Sequence record: MZ358387 | From: Shigella virus Moo19 | Length of the DNA stretch: 64,000 nt | Direction: 5' to 3' (one strand) | Part shown: positions 51,848 through 63,031 of the stretch, piece by piece | How positions within the stretch are numbered: position 1 is the first letter of the stretch | Layout of the letters: every line of letters starts with the position of its first letter | Notes under the pieces: generated by a model | Told to the model about the DNA's origin: nothing | Database searches by the model: none | The model's input: only the letters and a program-made list of their open reading frames with translations | Position numbers and translations under genes: made by a program

Positions 51848-54490
51848 TTAATCTTTCAGTGTTAAGTCTAAGGTCATGTCAGAGAAATTGGTAATCATAT
51901 CCAGAGACATACCAGCAATATCGGAACCAGTTAAGGTAGTACGAGAGAGGAAGGTATCCAGCGACTCGATAGAGACAAACTGCATTGGGTCAATTACACC
52001 CATACCATCTGTACCGAACATCTCTTCATACTTCTTATTAACAGCCATCATATCAGTATTGTACTGCTGCATGGTTTGCTCTGCCTGACGAATGATATCA
52101 GCAGTAGAGGCATTAATGTACTGAGTAATCCCATTACCTACAGCAGAGGTAAGCTGCATGATATTCTGAGCATTCATCATGTTAGCTGCCATAGTAGACA
52201 TAGTAGTACCTGTAGCCATTGCAGTACCCACGTTCATTGCAACTACAGAGGCAATAGCAGCTACGATGAAACCAATCTTATCACCGAACAGTTGAGTAGA
52301 AGCCAACTGAAGAATAGAGATAAGAACCATTGCAGCAATGGCATTTGCCACAGCACCTACAATTACAGCAGCTAAGCCAGCAAAGCCTAATGCAGCCCCT
52401 ACAGCACCGTAAGCACCCAGGATACCAGCACCACCTGCACCAGCAGTAAATACTGATACAACCACAGCAACCACAACTACTACGATTTTAAATGTCCCAG
52501 TTTGATACCACTTCTGCTTAACCTTCTTGTATGAGTTCATTACAAGATAGGAGCAAGCAGTAGCTAACTGAGTACTATGAGTCAGTGACATAGCACGATA
52601 AATATTGGTATGCAGTGGGATAAGGAATCCTGACTCCTCAGCATCACCCATAGCCTCTGCTACATCAATGCCAACAGACTTGTTCTTATACACCCGGTTA
52701 TTATGATACAGACCCAGAACACGAAGACGGCGATAGGTGTTCTTACCATCCTGCCATAACATTTCATACTCCTGCATGTTATAGACAGTATTGGTTTTTA
52801 CTAAGTCACCCGTTTGATTATCTTTACGGAAATTGCTACGAGTAAGCTGAACATCACCAGCATAGCGAGTTCTTAGCTGGCTCTGCTTTGCACCTTCCCA
52901 TGCTTGACCTGTATGAATAGTTTCAAATACGAAGTTCCACTCAATGGTCATATCATACTTGTAACCCTTATCACTGCTAACCCTAAAGCTACGCTTAGGA
53001 ATTACAGGATACTGTGGGGGTTCTGGTGGATTACCAGCAGAATGGTCACCCTCTTTCCACCACTTATAATATGCCTCAGCAGCGGCATTAGCATCAGCAA
53101 ACCCCTGGATAACAGCTTCCAATGTCGGATATTCTGGGTCAGGTGGGAATGACTCAGTAGCCATCTGGAAGAATCGATAAATATACTCTTTAGCCGTATC
53201 TTCCGGTGTATTGAGTGCACAACCGAATGTACCGTAGATGTATTGAATATCCCCAATTTTGTCGTTCTTTTTTAATTCAGTAACGACATCATCAAGCTTC
53301 CCTCCGGTTGCCTTCTTCATTGCTTTTTTGCAATCAGGGTAGATAGGGTCATTCTCTACCCAACGTTTATCATTACGAATAGGAATGAATGGATAGAAGC
53401 GGTTATCAGACGCTGGGGTATCAAATAAAGCGTCCAGCACAGGATTACCATCCCCCTGCTTATAGATAAACAAATGAGGTTCATCAGTAGCAGTCATGGT
53501 TGTGTTGTTACTGGTGGACTGAGATACATAGAAGTTAACCAAAGATTCTTTGGTCACTTCAGTAATTGTAGTAATGGTTACCCCACCAACAGTTTCAGTC
53601 TTAGTATCGGTAGTGGTTTGCTTATCCACTCTCCCACGTTTAGATTGAGTCATCACACGGTTATCAATGATGATAGTAGTGCCATCAGTGTTAAGAGTGA
53701 AGCCTCGTTTATAAACATTGACCCAGGAAGTCCAGTTCTGGGTAGTAGTAACAGGAGTAGTTGTTACTTCATCGGGACGACCATCACTGTACTTCTTAGT
53801 TACCTTGGTGGTGGTAGTCAGGGAAGTACTTTCTGCCTTATCTGTTTCAGACACAGTAGACCATAGAAAGGTAGACGGTAAATCACCCTCAGTAGGATAA
53901 ATATCTTCTGGTCTTACTACAGGTGGTTCAACAGTAGGTTGCCTGTAATAGCTGTAATCCACATAGAGGTAAAGAGCACCCGGAACAAAGTTCTCAGGGA
54001 AGAAGGAGATATCCGTTCCCCCATCCTGAGAAATCATGGTGATTTCGTTGGTATCCTCATCAATATCAATTTCGAATTGTTCCATAATTCGTTCCGGATA
54101 ATTTTCGTAAAGATACTGGTCACACCAATACTCAAAGTCAGCAAACCCAATCTCAGCAGATTGCACGAAAGTAGTGCTGTCTGCCTGAGTAGGTAACTGG
54201 CTGGCAACCACATCTGGGTCAACCTTAGCCAGTACACCTAATGAACTTGCTGCCATGCCTACCTTGTCATCGTAATGGTCTTTGCTCCATGAAGAGAACA
54301 AACGCATACGTACACCCGGACCATTCAGATAACTGCTTTGAATAGTGTCTGCCATAGTAAATCCTGTGTTGGAAACAATGTTCCCAATCACCACGGTCTT
54401 CATATAGTTAGGACGTTGGGCAATATCCCCAGCCAGGTTATACACTGAGGATGCTACGTAAATTTTTGTTTTCCTACTGAACAATCCCAT
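51848..54490 (-). CDS. Large virion protein (880 aa) with long C-terminal hydrophobic Gly/Ala/Val-rich region; candidate ejection/internal protein
   Basis: ORF track; ~100-aa hydrophobic stretch (VVVVVAVVVSVFTAGAGGAGILGAYGAVGAALGFAGLAAVIVGAV...). Confidence 0.5.
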   Translation of the reverse strand: MGLFSRKTKIYVASSVYNLAGDIAQRPNYMKTVVIGNIVSNTGFTMADTIQSSYLNGPGVRMRLFSSWSKDHYDDKVGMAASSLGVLAKVDPDVVASQLPTQADSTTFVQSAEIGFADFEYWCDQYLYENYPERIMEQFEIDIDEDTNEITMISQDGGTDISFFPENFVPGALYLYVDYSYYRQPTVEPPVVRPEDIYPTEGDLPSTFLWSTVSETDKAESTSLTTTTKVTKKYSDGRPDEVTTTPVTTTQNWTSWVNVYKRGFTLNTDGTTIIIDNRVMTQSKRGRVDKQTTTDTKTETVGGVTITTITEVTKESLVNFYVSQSTSNNTTMTATDEPHLFIYKQGDGNPVLDALFDTPASDNRFYPFIPIRNDKRWVENDPIYPDCKKAMKKATGGKLDDVVTELKKNDKIGDIQYIYGTFGCALNTPEDTAKEYIYRFFQMATESFPPDPEYPTLEAVIQGFADANAAAEAYYKWWKEGDHSAGNPPEPPQYPVIPKRSFRVSSDKGYKYDMTIEWNFVFETIHTGQAWEGAKQSQLRTRYAGDVQLTRSNFRKDNQTGDLVKTNTVYNMQEYEMLWQDGKNTYRRLRVLGLYHNNRVYKNKSVGIDVAEAMGDAEESGFLIPLHTNIYRAMSLTHSTQLATACSYLVMNSYKKVKQKWYQTGTFKIVVVVVAVVVSVFTAGAGGAGILGAYGAVGAALGFAGLAAVIVGAVANAIAAMVLISILQLASTQLFGDKIGFIVAAIASVVAMNVGTAMATGTTMSTMAANMMNAQNIMQLTSAVGNGITQYINASTADIIRQAEQTMQQYNTDMMAVNKKYEEMFGTDGMGVIDPMQFVSIESLDTFLSRTTLTGSDIAGMSLDMITNFSDMTLDLTLKD

Positions 54491-54495
54491 GTTAC

Positions 54496-55335
54496 TTACC
54501 CGTTAAGATTATTGTTACGTTTCAGGGTAGTCAGAACATCATCGATGCTGGAGTTAGTGAATCCATTAGGTGGAGTCAGACCTTCATCAATGGTTTTCTG
54601 AGTAATCCATGCGTCAGTAAACAGCTTGGATGCTTTAACTTCTGCATCACGCTGGTAGCTAGTAATCTGCTGAGTATACAGTTCTTTCTGTTTACCAATA
54701 GAACCAGAAACAGTAGCACCGTCAGACCGTTTATCCAGAGTCTGTGCACGTTGTGCTTCAGTCTGCTCGATAAGCAGTTTGAGTTGCTGAGGCAGAGTCT
54801 GTTCTACATTGAACAATGCAGCACAGTAAGTCTCAGATTCAGTAGAGAGTTTGAGCTTGGTAAGAGCATATTCACTCTTAGCATTCAGTGCCTGGAACTT
54901 AGCCAGCACGTACTGAGCTTTAGAAGTAGCCAATGCAACACGAGCACTAACAGCCTGAATCTGTGCCATAGCAGCAGCCCAGTAAGCCTGGTCACGACCT
55001 AACAGATACTGAGTGGCATTGCCCATACAGGTCTCTACAATAGCAATATATGCTTTGGTGTATTCACCACCAGTAATACGACCTTCCTTGAACTCCTGCT
55101 TAAGGTGAGCAGCAGCAGAAGCCATCAGTGCATCGAATGTACCGGAACCACCAACAACACGGGTAGTCAGGTCTTCATTAGTAAGTCGGGTTACTTCTGC
55201 AAAGATAGGGGAACCGTCCCCACCTGGGATATCCCATTCAGGACCGGACATATCAATATCGGGTAGGGCAAAGTCCTCGCCCTCAGTTAATGCTAACAAC
55301 AGTCGGTTAGCTTCTACCTCTGCACCACATGACAT
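54496..55335 (-). CDS. Virion protein (N4 gp54 position)
   Basis: ORF track; ATG 55335 has gagga RBS (track start 55350 lacks one). Confidence 0.45.
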   Translation of the reverse strand: MSCGAEVEANRLLLALTEGEDFALPDIDMSGPEWDIPGGDGSPIFAEVTRLTNEDLTTRVVGGSGTFDALMASAAAHLKQEFKEGRITGGEYTKAYIAIVETCMGNATQYLLGRDQAYWAAAMAQIQAVSARVALATSKAQYVLAKFQALNAKSEYALTKLKLSTESETYCAALFNVEQTLPQQLKLLIEQTEAQRAQTLDKRSDGATVSGSIGKQKELYTQQITSYQRDAEVKASKLFTDAWITQKTIDEGLTPPNGFTNSSIDDVLTTLKRNNNLNG

Positions 55336-55351
55336 GATGTATTTCCTCATG

Positions 55352-55391
55352 GTTCAAAAAGAAACGGCTCACGGAATTAACCAGTGAGCCG
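55352..55391 (-). terminator. Putative terminator hairpin (cggctcac ... gtgagccg; U-run on - strand)
   Basis: 8-bp inverted repeat read directly, long loop. Confidence 0.35.
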
Positions 55392-55412
55392 TGTTATCGG
55401 TCAGCTTACAAC

Positions 55413-56051
55413 TTAATCGTTGTTTGTGCTACCAGCAGCAGTCTGGGCAGCAGCTAACTTATCCAGGTCTTCCTGGGTCAGTGGTGGGAGTTCTTCAATT
55501 GCAAACTCACGCACCCATGCCTGTTCAATCTTTTTACCCTTATTCGATACACGAATGTTCAGGAATTTACGATTCTTCAGGAACTCATAAATACAGTAAG
55601 GGATATGGTATCCATTATCAGTTGCTTCACCGAATGGAACGAACTTACGAATCGTACCCATGTATTCGTTAGCAACAGTGATAATCTCACCCGGTAGGTC
55701 TTTCTTCTTAGGGTCGAGATTCTGGATACGAACACGAATCAGACGGGTTTGTTCCAGACGAATGCGTTGACGCATTTGTGCTTCAGTCTCTTTGACTGGA
55801 GCTTTTTTAGTATCTTCGAGTGGATTCACTTCCGGTTCTTCCTGTTCTGGTTCAGATGCTTTACCTTCCTGTGCATCTGCAATTTTCTGACGCAACTTCT
55901 CAAGACTAATGTTGTTTGAGAATGAAATGTTCATCAGCTTGGCACGTTGCTTCAGTACTGTCAGTTCATCTGGCATTGGTACATCATCAACAGTGTCGTT
56001 GCTCTGAATGACTTCTTCTTGTTCAGGAGTCGGCTTGTCGTTAATGCTCAT
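55413..56051 (-). CDS. Hypothetical late protein (212 aa)
   Basis: ORF track; aggaa RBS. Confidence 0.45.
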   Translation of the reverse strand: MSINDKPTPEQEEVIQSNDTVDDVPMPDELTVLKQRAKLMNISFSNNISLEKLRQKIADAQEGKASEPEQEEPEVNPLEDTKKAPVKETEAQMRQRIRLEQTRLIRVRIQNLDPKKKDLPGEIITVANEYMGTIRKFVPFGEATDNGYHIPYCIYEFLKNRKFLNIRVSNKGKKIEQAWVREFAIEELPPLTQEDLDKLAAAQTAAGSTNND

Positions 56052-56067
56052 GTTAATAATTCCTGTG

Positions 56068-56098
56068 GTTCATAAATAAGGGGGAGGTTCCCCTCCCC
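56068..56098 (-). terminator. Terminator downstream of major capsid gene (ggggagg-ttcc-cctcccc; U-rich on - strand)
   Basis: Read directly. Confidence 0.5.
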
Positions 56099-56111
56099 GT
56101 TAGGTTAGCTA

Positions 56112-57317
56112 TTACAGAGGTGCAACAGCTTTCATTACGGCAATACGTTCTGGACGTTTAACCAGGATACCGTAGTACCACTTGATGCTGGAGAAGCCAG
56201 TCTCACCGTAAGGGTCATTACGGTCAGCAGTTTCTTTACCAGGCATCTTGGTCATAACATTGAACTTAACAGACTTACCGTCAGTCTGGAAGCCAATAGT
56301 GGTGAAGGAATCATCACCAACAACCAGTACTGGGTAGACATCGTAGTGCTCAGTACCGTTAACGGTAGAAGTACGATAACCAGGGTTAGCATCAGTAGCT
56401 GCTGCACCTGCACCTGCCCAGTGGAGCATCTCTGGAACCTGGATGATACGGAACTTATCGATAGTACCGATTTCACCGTTCATCAGAGTACCAGCATCAC
56501 CGTAGTGCTGAATCTCGATGAATGCTTTGTTACCGAACAGGTCTTTCATTGCCTTCAGGTCAGGAACCAGTTCAGAACCAACGTACATTACACGAGTACC
56601 ACCAATCACTTTGGTATCAACCAGACGGGAACCAGTGATGATAGTAGTTTGAGTAGGAGTACGGTTATCGGTCAGGATGGCATCCAGACGCATCAGGTTT
56701 TTATAGGTGATAACAGAAGGGGTAGAACCTTCACCAGTGATGGTTGCATCAGAGGTAGCAGCGCCTGCATACAGTACTGTACCAGCAGCAGCCAGAAGGT
56801 CTTTCTGGAGAACAGCTTCGGTAATCTGTACTGCACCGTTCATCAGTTCACGGGACAGGTGTTCTTTCAGTTGGTCATCAGAGTCGAAGTCCAGAGATTC
56901 CTGGGTGAACTCGTAGAAGAAACCGAACTTATGGATGGAACCTTCACGAGACAGACGGGTGAAGCCAACACGGTTAACACGACCACCGTTCTCGGTCAGC
57001 AGAGGCAGCTTGGAGGTAATAGTACCGATGTCTTTACTTGAACCATACAGGTTACCGTTTACGATGTGTGCACCGTTAGCATCGATACCCTGGTCGTTAA
57101 TGTTACGGTCATCCAGCAGAGGAACATATTCGTAAACCTTAATGGTTTTACCCATGTTCTTCGGCATGTTAGTAACGGAAGCCAGGGGCATAAAGTATTG
57201 GTCTTTACGAGCCTGGATAATAGCTTTCTTGAGCCAGTAGAAGGTATTCATCTGGTCAGAGCCAGCACCATCGATACTGGATTTCTGACCGTCAATTGGA
57301 GCGTTATAGTTCAACAT
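56112..57317 (-). CDS. Major capsid protein (N4 gp56 position, 401 aa)
   Basis: Size and synteny (scaffold-like acidic protein upstream, portal further upstream); terminator immediately downstream; no motif verification. Confidence 0.5.
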   Translation of the reverse strand: MLNYNAPIDGQKSSIDGAGSDQMNTFYWLKKAIIQARKDQYFMPLASVTNMPKNMGKTIKVYEYVPLLDDRNINDQGIDANGAHIVNGNLYGSSKDIGTITSKLPLLTENGGRVNRVGFTRLSREGSIHKFGFFYEFTQESLDFDSDDQLKEHLSRELMNGAVQITEAVLQKDLLAAAGTVLYAGAATSDATITGEGSTPSVITYKNLMRLDAILTDNRTPTQTTIITGSRLVDTKVIGGTRVMYVGSELVPDLKAMKDLFGNKAFIEIQHYGDAGTLMNGEIGTIDKFRIIQVPEMLHWAGAGAAATDANPGYRTSTVNGTEHYDVYPVLVVGDDSFTTIGFQTDGKSVKFNVMTKMPGKETADRNDPYGETGFSSIKWYYGILVKRPERIAVMKAVAPL

Positions 57318-57329
57318 AATAATTTCCTG

Positions 57330-58565
57330 TTAAAGTCCACCGGGATTCGGCAGTTTAGCGAACTCTTCATCACTCATAGCGAGTGGATTAATGAAACGTT
57401 CTACTTTTTTAGGTGCAGCTCGACTTGGCGAAGCAGCACTTGCTTGTTCAGAGTGGGTCACCGTAGGTTTCGGTTTAACCACTCGTGTTGCTACTGCTGC
57501 ACGTTGAGCAGTAACTTCCGGCTTAGGTTCAACAGGTTTACCAGCCAGATGGTTAAATGCACCTTGTTTAGCAAGAGCATCACCAACATAGTTATAAGCC
57601 TGAATAAACGGTGTTCCGGCTGGAATCTGACCTAACATCTGAAGACGGTTAATCTCATTCGAGATAATGTCATAAATGCCATTTTCACGTTGAGACTGAA
57701 TCGTCTGGATTAAGCCACGATTCTCAAACAGTGCATTCTTACTGGCTTCATCCCATGTCTGAGAAATTACACCTAAAGTAGCTTGTCCTTCTGGGGTAGA
57801 CTTTAAATCGTCCAGTTCGGTTGCAAATGCTGCTTCAGTGTCAGATACACGGTGATTGCCTTTCTGGTAATTGATTTCCTCATCCATATTAATATCGAGA
57901 GGGTCAGTACCAGAATCTTTAAGCAACTTACGAATGGCTTCTGGGTTCTTCTTATCTAAGTCAATTAGATAAGACAGCTTGTCCTCATCCATCAGTCCGT
58001 TGTTTTCTAACATCAGCATCACCTTACGGTAAGGCTGTAATGCTTGCATCTTACGAGTGTAGTTAGCACCCATCTGCATCAGGCTAATGGCCTCCTCCGG
58101 TGATTGGGGAGTAATCATTTTACCGTTAGCTTTAAATGGAGCCATCAAACGTTCGTAACCAGCTTTATAGTCGAAGTCGGTTGGCAGACCTTCAGACTGT
58201 TTATCCTCTTCTGTCTTACTCTGGCCGGAGTCTTCAGTAGCAGGAGCAGCTTTAGTAATCGGCTTACCGTTACTATCAACTTCATTGGCGTCAACTTTAT
58301 CATCAACTTTATCAGAAGTTAAATTTTTTGCTGCATCTTCATCTACTTCAGACTGCTCAGAGTTATCTTCTTCTGGTTCGTCCGTTGTGGTTGTTTCTTC
58401 AGATTGGGTAGTAACTACTTCTTCTTGTTCAGTAGTAACGTCTTCTTCTGGGTTGTTCTGAGTGTCTTGCTCAACTTCCTCTGAAGGAGGAACAGACATA
58501 TTCAGAATCTCATCATCCGACATTGCGAGAATGTCGGAAGCCTGTTTAGTGGCTTCCGTAGTCAT
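57330..58565 (-). CDS. Acidic protein, possible scaffolding protein
   Basis: Very acidic N-terminal 140 aa; located between portal-side genes and capsid gene. Confidence 0.4.
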   Translation of the reverse strand: MTTEATKQASDILAMSDDEILNMSVPPSEEVEQDTQNNPEEDVTTEQEEVVTTQSEETTTTDEPEEDNSEQSEVDEDAAKNLTSDKVDDKVDANEVDSNGKPITKAAPATEDSGQSKTEEDKQSEGLPTDFDYKAGYERLMAPFKANGKMITPQSPEEAISLMQMGANYTRKMQALQPYRKVMLMLENNGLMDEDKLSYLIDLDKKNPEAIRKLLKDSGTDPLDINMDEEINYQKGNHRVSDTEAAFATELDDLKSTPEGQATLGVISQTWDEASKNALFENRGLIQTIQSQRENGIYDIISNEINRLQMLGQIPAGTPFIQAYNYVGDALAKQGAFNHLAGKPVEPKPEVTAQRAAVATRVVKPKPTVTHSEQASAASPSRAAPKKVERFINPLAMSDEEFAKLPNPGGL

Positions 58566-58583
58566 GGGGAGTATCTCCGGTTA

Positions 58584-58946
58584 TTAGTCTTGAATTACTT
58601 CTTCGTCTTCATCCGGTTCTGCACGAACCGTATCCAGCATTTCCTGAACACGTTCGATAGTACCGATAGCCTGGTCACCCAGACGCAAGGAGATATCCAG
58701 CCAACGACGGATATGACCAGCAGCTTGTGCCATTGCCAGAGCATCAGCACGTTGTTCTGCTGTCAGCAGAGGGTCGCCTGATTCCTGAACGTAGCGAGCA
58801 CATTCTTTCTCACAGAACTGTTCCAGAATTACTTTACGGAACAGACGGTTTTCACACAGTTTGCGAACGTCTTCTGCACGGGCAACAATTTCTTTGTTGC
58901 CAGCCAGTTGATATTCCAGTCCTGCGATTTCTTGTTCTTTACTCAT
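58584..58946 (-). CDS. Hypothetical late protein (120 aa)
   Basis: ORF track. Confidence 0.4.
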   Translation of the reverse strand: MSKEQEIAGLEYQLAGNKEIVARAEDVRKLCENRLFRKVILEQFCEKECARYVQESGDPLLTAEQRADALAMAQAAGHIRRWLDISLRLGDQAIGTIERVQEMLDTVRAEPDEDEEVIQD

Positions 58947-58960
58947 GAAGGTCTGCCTTA

Positions 58961-61243
58961 TTAAAGGTTCATGCCGGGACTCAATGCTGGGTCACGACTT
59001 GGGTCAAAATACTGGGAACCAATGGAAAGAGATGGGTCTTGGGGTGCAAGAGCATCACGTTCTAATTCATTGTTCACCTGGTTGTTACCATCGGTAATTG
59101 CATTATATCCGATAGCAGCAGATATGTTAGGGGAAGTTTCGCCTTCTTTTACTGGTTGTGTCAATGCTTTAGTTACTTGAAGGTTCTGGTTACCCTGAGA
59201 TTGTGCTTTTTGTTTTTCCATTTCACGAGCATGTTTAGTGCCGGATTCCTGTTCCAGATAATCCAGATTAGTCATATCTTTCTTAGCATCTTCTGCACGA
59301 ACCTTAGCTTCGTTCAATGCAATCTCAGATTGCAGCTTTTGGTTTTCCAGTTGAGCTTTCTGAATAGCCAGTTGCTTAAGTTGTTCTTCCATTGGGTCTG
59401 GTTCTGGTTTCCAGGTACGTAACTCGTGTGCCAGTTCAGGCATACGTTTAAGTTCTGCAATACGTGCAACCAGTTTAAGAGTAACTTGCTGGTCAACCGT
59501 GTTACCAATAGTCTGAACCATGAAGCCCAGGTCTTGGGATTTCTGGTTATCGACTTCAGCAGTGTTGATATCTACTTCAATATCAAAGTTGCCTTTCAGG
59601 TCTTCACGGTTAATAGTCACGTATTCCTCATTGGTAATACGAACGACTTCTGTCTCAGAAAGGAATACGGCATTCATTGCACAAATCTTTGTACCAATGT
59701 CAGCCATACCTTTTGCCAGACGACGAAGGATTGCCATCTCACGTTTAGAAGCTGCATCCAGTGCACCACGAATACCAGCAGCAACATCACCATAAGCTGA
59801 ACCAGTAACACCACCTGCAAATGCCTTTACCCCGGTAAGTGCTTCTGCTTCTTGGTTCTGCATCTGAGACATTACAATTGCAGACTGAGGTAACTCAGGG
59901 AATTTATGTTCGATAATTGCCTGAGAAGGATTACCCGTCTGGGGATTGTATTCATAGTCCAGACCATCTTCGAAACGACGACGGTTAAGAGTATCCAGCA
60001 TACCTTTAGGGTAAGCACGTTGACCATTGGCACTACGACCAAGTAAGTCAATCATGCCACGCATGGTAGCACCCAGGATTTTCTGGTTATCACCTAACAG
60101 TTCTGCATCTGCTTCGCCATACAATTCACGTTTACGTGGCATATATGGAACCAGTACGAATGGTAGCTTACCATCTGGGTATGGATTCTCTTCCATACGG
60201 ATAAGAGTTGTACCAATCCAGGTAGCTACAATTGGCTTAAGTTCACCGTCACCGTTAGTATCCCAGAATCCCCAGTATTCATATGCAATGACACGTTTAC
60301 GCATAGCATCACGGAACTGGAAGTCACCAGGAGTTTTACTCTCATGGTCTGGGTCAGTAAGTGGGGAAGAACTTTCCCAATCAATTTTATCCAGATTGTG
60401 ATAACGGTCTGGGGTCTTTAACAAATCTGCTTTACAGGTTTCGAATGAGACAACTGCAAACAGTGCTCGGTCGAGGTCACCATTACAGGACGGGTCGATA
60501 ACAACGTTGTTTGGGTCGAGCATTTCAACCGTTGGCCTGTTAACCACAGCCTTCTCGACTTCAACTTCCGTAGTACCCGTCTGGATAGCATAAGTAGCTT
60601 CACCCGTTTCATTGAAATAGTTAACAGCTTCCTTAACGTCATCTGCTACTTGTTCCTCATATCCACGGGGGTTTTGTGCCTGAAGGTCTAAGGCTTGTTG
60701 CAGAATCTGAACTTGTTCTTCTGTTTCAACAGGGTACATCTGGAAGACAGGGGCGTCCTGTTTAACCTTAACTACCTTGCGTTCCCAACCAACACGAGCA
60801 ATGCCAGTACCGTCATCGCAGACAGAGTGAACGTAATCATCCACCAGCTTCACACGGTTAAGCTGAGTACGGAACTGGTAATTAAGTACAAGTTCGTTCT
60901 GACGTGCAGCTTGTTCATCTTCCCAGGTAACCGGGGTAAGTTTGAATAACTTAGGGGATGACAGAAACGGCTCAGACAATGGGGCATAACGCCACTCTGC
61001 CTGACGTCGAACCAGTTTAGGCTGGACCTGGGAACGGCCTTTTACCTTTGGGGGCTTAGCCGAACCTTCTGCTTTCATGAGGTCATTCCATTTCTGGATT
61101 TCTTTCATGATTGCATCATGGGCTGGTTTACCTGCTTCAAGGTCAGCCTTCAGTGTCTGAATACTTGGCTCTTTCTTCCAGTTAGTCAGCTTATCTGATT
61201 GCCCTGGGTCTGGAAGAGGAGTCATAGAATCTTGATGTTCCAT
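58961..61243 (-). CDS. Portal protein (N4 gp59 position, 760 aa)
   Basis: Size and synteny only. Confidence 0.5.
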   Translation of the reverse strand: MEHQDSMTPLPDPGQSDKLTNWKKEPSIQTLKADLEAGKPAHDAIMKEIQKWNDLMKAEGSAKPPKVKGRSQVQPKLVRRQAEWRYAPLSEPFLSSPKLFKLTPVTWEDEQAARQNELVLNYQFRTQLNRVKLVDDYVHSVCDDGTGIARVGWERKVVKVKQDAPVFQMYPVETEEQVQILQQALDLQAQNPRGYEEQVADDVKEAVNYFNETGEATYAIQTGTTEVEVEKAVVNRPTVEMLDPNNVVIDPSCNGDLDRALFAVVSFETCKADLLKTPDRYHNLDKIDWESSSPLTDPDHESKTPGDFQFRDAMRKRVIAYEYWGFWDTNGDGELKPIVATWIGTTLIRMEENPYPDGKLPFVLVPYMPRKRELYGEADAELLGDNQKILGATMRGMIDLLGRSANGQRAYPKGMLDTLNRRRFEDGLDYEYNPQTGNPSQAIIEHKFPELPQSAIVMSQMQNQEAEALTGVKAFAGGVTGSAYGDVAAGIRGALDAASKREMAILRRLAKGMADIGTKICAMNAVFLSETEVVRITNEEYVTINREDLKGNFDIEVDINTAEVDNQKSQDLGFMVQTIGNTVDQQVTLKLVARIAELKRMPELAHELRTWKPEPDPMEEQLKQLAIQKAQLENQKLQSEIALNEAKVRAEDAKKDMTNLDYLEQESGTKHAREMEKQKAQSQGNQNLQVTKALTQPVKEGETSPNISAAIGYNAITDGNNQVNNELERDALAPQDPSLSIGSQYFDPSRDPALSPGMNL

Positions 61244-61251
61244 AGTAATTC

Positions 61252-61752
61252 CTATTGTAAAAGTTTCCGGTCGGCCTTGATTTGGTTCCCCAACTCAATC
61301 AATTGGTTGTCACGGAGTCTAACAGTTGCCCTGAGTTCTTCAACCACTCGTCTGCCTTGTTCAAGACTGGAGTCGAGTTCGGCTGCATGGCTTGCAAGAC
61401 TTCTGCACTCAAAGGTTCCGGCTTCGGCTTGACGTTTATATACGTCGGCTCTTTTGCTTGATTGCTGCATCCGGCTGTCGTAATCACTGCTAAGGCGAGC
61501 AAGCTCGCCTGCGTAATTACTCTCAGCCGTCTGCAATCTGGTAGTGAGCATACCGACTTCATAGCTGTGTTGTCTGTTAAGGACATCGTATTCACCCTTA
61601 AGTTTATTGTAGGCTTTCTGGTCTTCTACTTTCTGAGCATCCCACTTGGCCTGAACTTTATCCTGACCATTACTGGAACCCCAAAAGTAAATGGTGGCTC
61701 CCAAAGCCACCACTACCAGATAAGGCCAACCTTTAGAGATTAGCGTCATCAT
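61252..61752 (-). CDS. i-spanin (Rz-like): N-terminal TM plus periplasmic coiled-coil
   Basis: ATG 61752 with ggagg RBS; TM segment [22 protein letters not shown]; adjacent to endolysin. Confidence 0.5.
   Translation of the reverse strand: MMTLISKGWPYLVVVALGATIYFWGSSNGQDKVQAKWDAQKVEDQKAYNKLKGEYDVLNRQHSYEVGMLTTRLQTAESNYAGELARLSSDYDSRMQQSSKRADVYKRQAEAGTFECRSLASHAAELDSSLEQGRRVVEELRATVRLRDNQLIELGNQIKADRKLLQ
61299..61586 (-). CDS. o-spanin (Rz1-like) lipoprotein embedded in the i-spanin gene in another frame
   Basis: Lipobox-like ITTAGC after hydrophobic signal; ATG 61586 with aaggg RBS; embedded architecture. Confidence 0.45.
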   Translation of the reverse strand: MSLTDNTAMKSVCSLPDCRRLRVITQASLLALAVITTAGCSNQAKEPTYINVKPKPEPLSAEVLQAMQPNSTPVLNKADEWLKNSGQLLDSVTTN

Positions 61753-62368
61753 TACATGCCTCCAGAGGCACATTACCAATACGGTTTGATATCCAGCCAT
61801 ACGTATAGTCAGGCATGTTTAACGAGGTGTAGTGATTAAGTTGTTTACCATCCAATAGCTTAATCATAGTCTTACAGGCTTCTACTTTGCCTCGTTTTTT
61901 CTGGAGTGCCCTATACGAGTTAATGGTTGCTGTACCAACTTTACCATCAACTTGTATTTTAGGGTAGTCTTTGCCATTACGACTAACGTCATTCAAAGAC
62001 TCTTGAAGCCAACGTGCTGGACGTGGTGTCCCAGTGTTTACTCCAGCATCCACCAGCTTGTGGGTCACAGCAGGACTAATAGAAGCGAACTCAATAAAGT
62101 TTGGCTTGATAATGTAGTCATCAACATAAACTTCAGCAGCCATCTCTTTAGTAAGTCCTTTCATAGTCCCATCCCATCCGTATTTCTTTGCTAAGACTTC
62201 CTTGTGGGACTGGGCTACTTTCTTAGTTATCCCGTGATTAGTTTCCCCTCCTGGGTCTTTGGGGTCATTTACATAACCACCTTCCAGCATAAAAACGGAA
62301 CCAAGAATGGCAGCAACTACTGCTCCCACTGCACCACCCCTGGTTGCTAGTTTTTTATTTATTGCCAT
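61733..62368 (-). CDS. GH108-family N-acetylmuramidase endolysin with N-terminal SAR-like hydrophobic segment
   Basis: Signature EGGYVNDPKDPGGETNHGIT; N-terminal GGAVGAVVAAILGSVFML; gaggagg RBS. Confidence 0.75.
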   Translation of the reverse strand: MAINKKLATRGGAVGAVVAAILGSVFMLEGGYVNDPKDPGGETNHGITKKVAQSHKEVLAKKYGWDGTMKGLTKEMAAEVYVDDYIIKPNFIEFASISPAVTHKLVDAGVNTGTPRPARWLQESLNDVSRNGKDYPKIQVDGKVGTATINSYRALQKKRGKVEACKTMIKLLDGKQLNHYTSLNMPDYTYGWISNRIGNVPLEACNDDANL

Positions 62369-62621
62369 GATAGTCCTCCTCTTTAGGCTTTAAACGAATA
62401 AGCCTGCCAACGATGTTCAAGGCAAATAAGCCAATGGCAACACCTGAACCATGTGGAATCTGGTCAAGCAGATGTCTTGGCAAACCTGAGAACATTGGCT
62501 GGATTATATCGACGGCAGAGAAGAGAATCAGACCAATAGTACTAATCTGGATAGAAGCCCATTTCCAGGCTCGTTTCCAGTTAGGTACTAGTTCAACCCT
62601 TTTGGTTAACCTGCGAACCAT
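62355..62621 (-). CDS. Two-TM holin (pinholin-like)
   Basis: Two hydrophobic segments; overlaps endolysin start; aaggag RBS. Confidence 0.5.
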   Translation of the reverse strand: MVRRLTKRVELVPNWKRAWKWASIQISTIGLILFSAVDIIQPMFSGLPRHLLDQIPHGSGVAIGLFALNIVGRLIRLKPKEEDYHGNK

Positions 62622-62935
62622 GCGAAAATCTCCTTACGTGCTGCAACCAACAGACTTAAGATTGCACCTGCTGCTGCCCATACCCACTTACCAAAGATTC
62701 CTGCACCAACTACCTTGTGCTTAATGGTAATGAACTCTTCGATGGTAGGCTCATTTTTAGCAAGACTCTCTTCAACATTCTTAAGTCTGTTACTAACTTC
62801 AGCAACTGAGTCCTTAAGATTGGTGATGGAGTTTTCCAGCTTTGCTCGGTCATTCCTTTCACGTTCCTGGTTCTCGAACATGGTTTTAAATCGTTCCTCC
62901 AGTCGAGCCAGTAATACATCAGTGGGTTCAGACAT
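62606..62935 (-). CDS. Coiled-coil protein with C-terminal TM; possible holin/antiholin-type lysis regulator
   Basis: ORF track frame (ATG 62935); C-terminal hydrophobic GAGIFGKWVWAAAGAILSLLVAA. Confidence 0.35.
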   Translation of the reverse strand: MSEPTDVLLARLEERFKTMFENQERERNDRAKLENSITNLKDSVAEVSNRLKNVEESLAKNEPTIEEFITIKHKVVGAGIFGKWVWAAAGAILSLLVAARKEIFAWFAG

Positions 62936-63031
62936 AATAATTTTCCACGTAGTAATAATATGCACCAGGAATAATACTTATAAACGCTAGCCTACGAAAG
63001 GAAAAAGCCCCCATTAAGGAGGCTTACTTTT

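Noticed and set aside
56346-57041. 231-aa + strand ORF inside the putative major capsid gene
   Set aside because: Antisense shadow ORF; the - strand frame has RBS and fits late operon.
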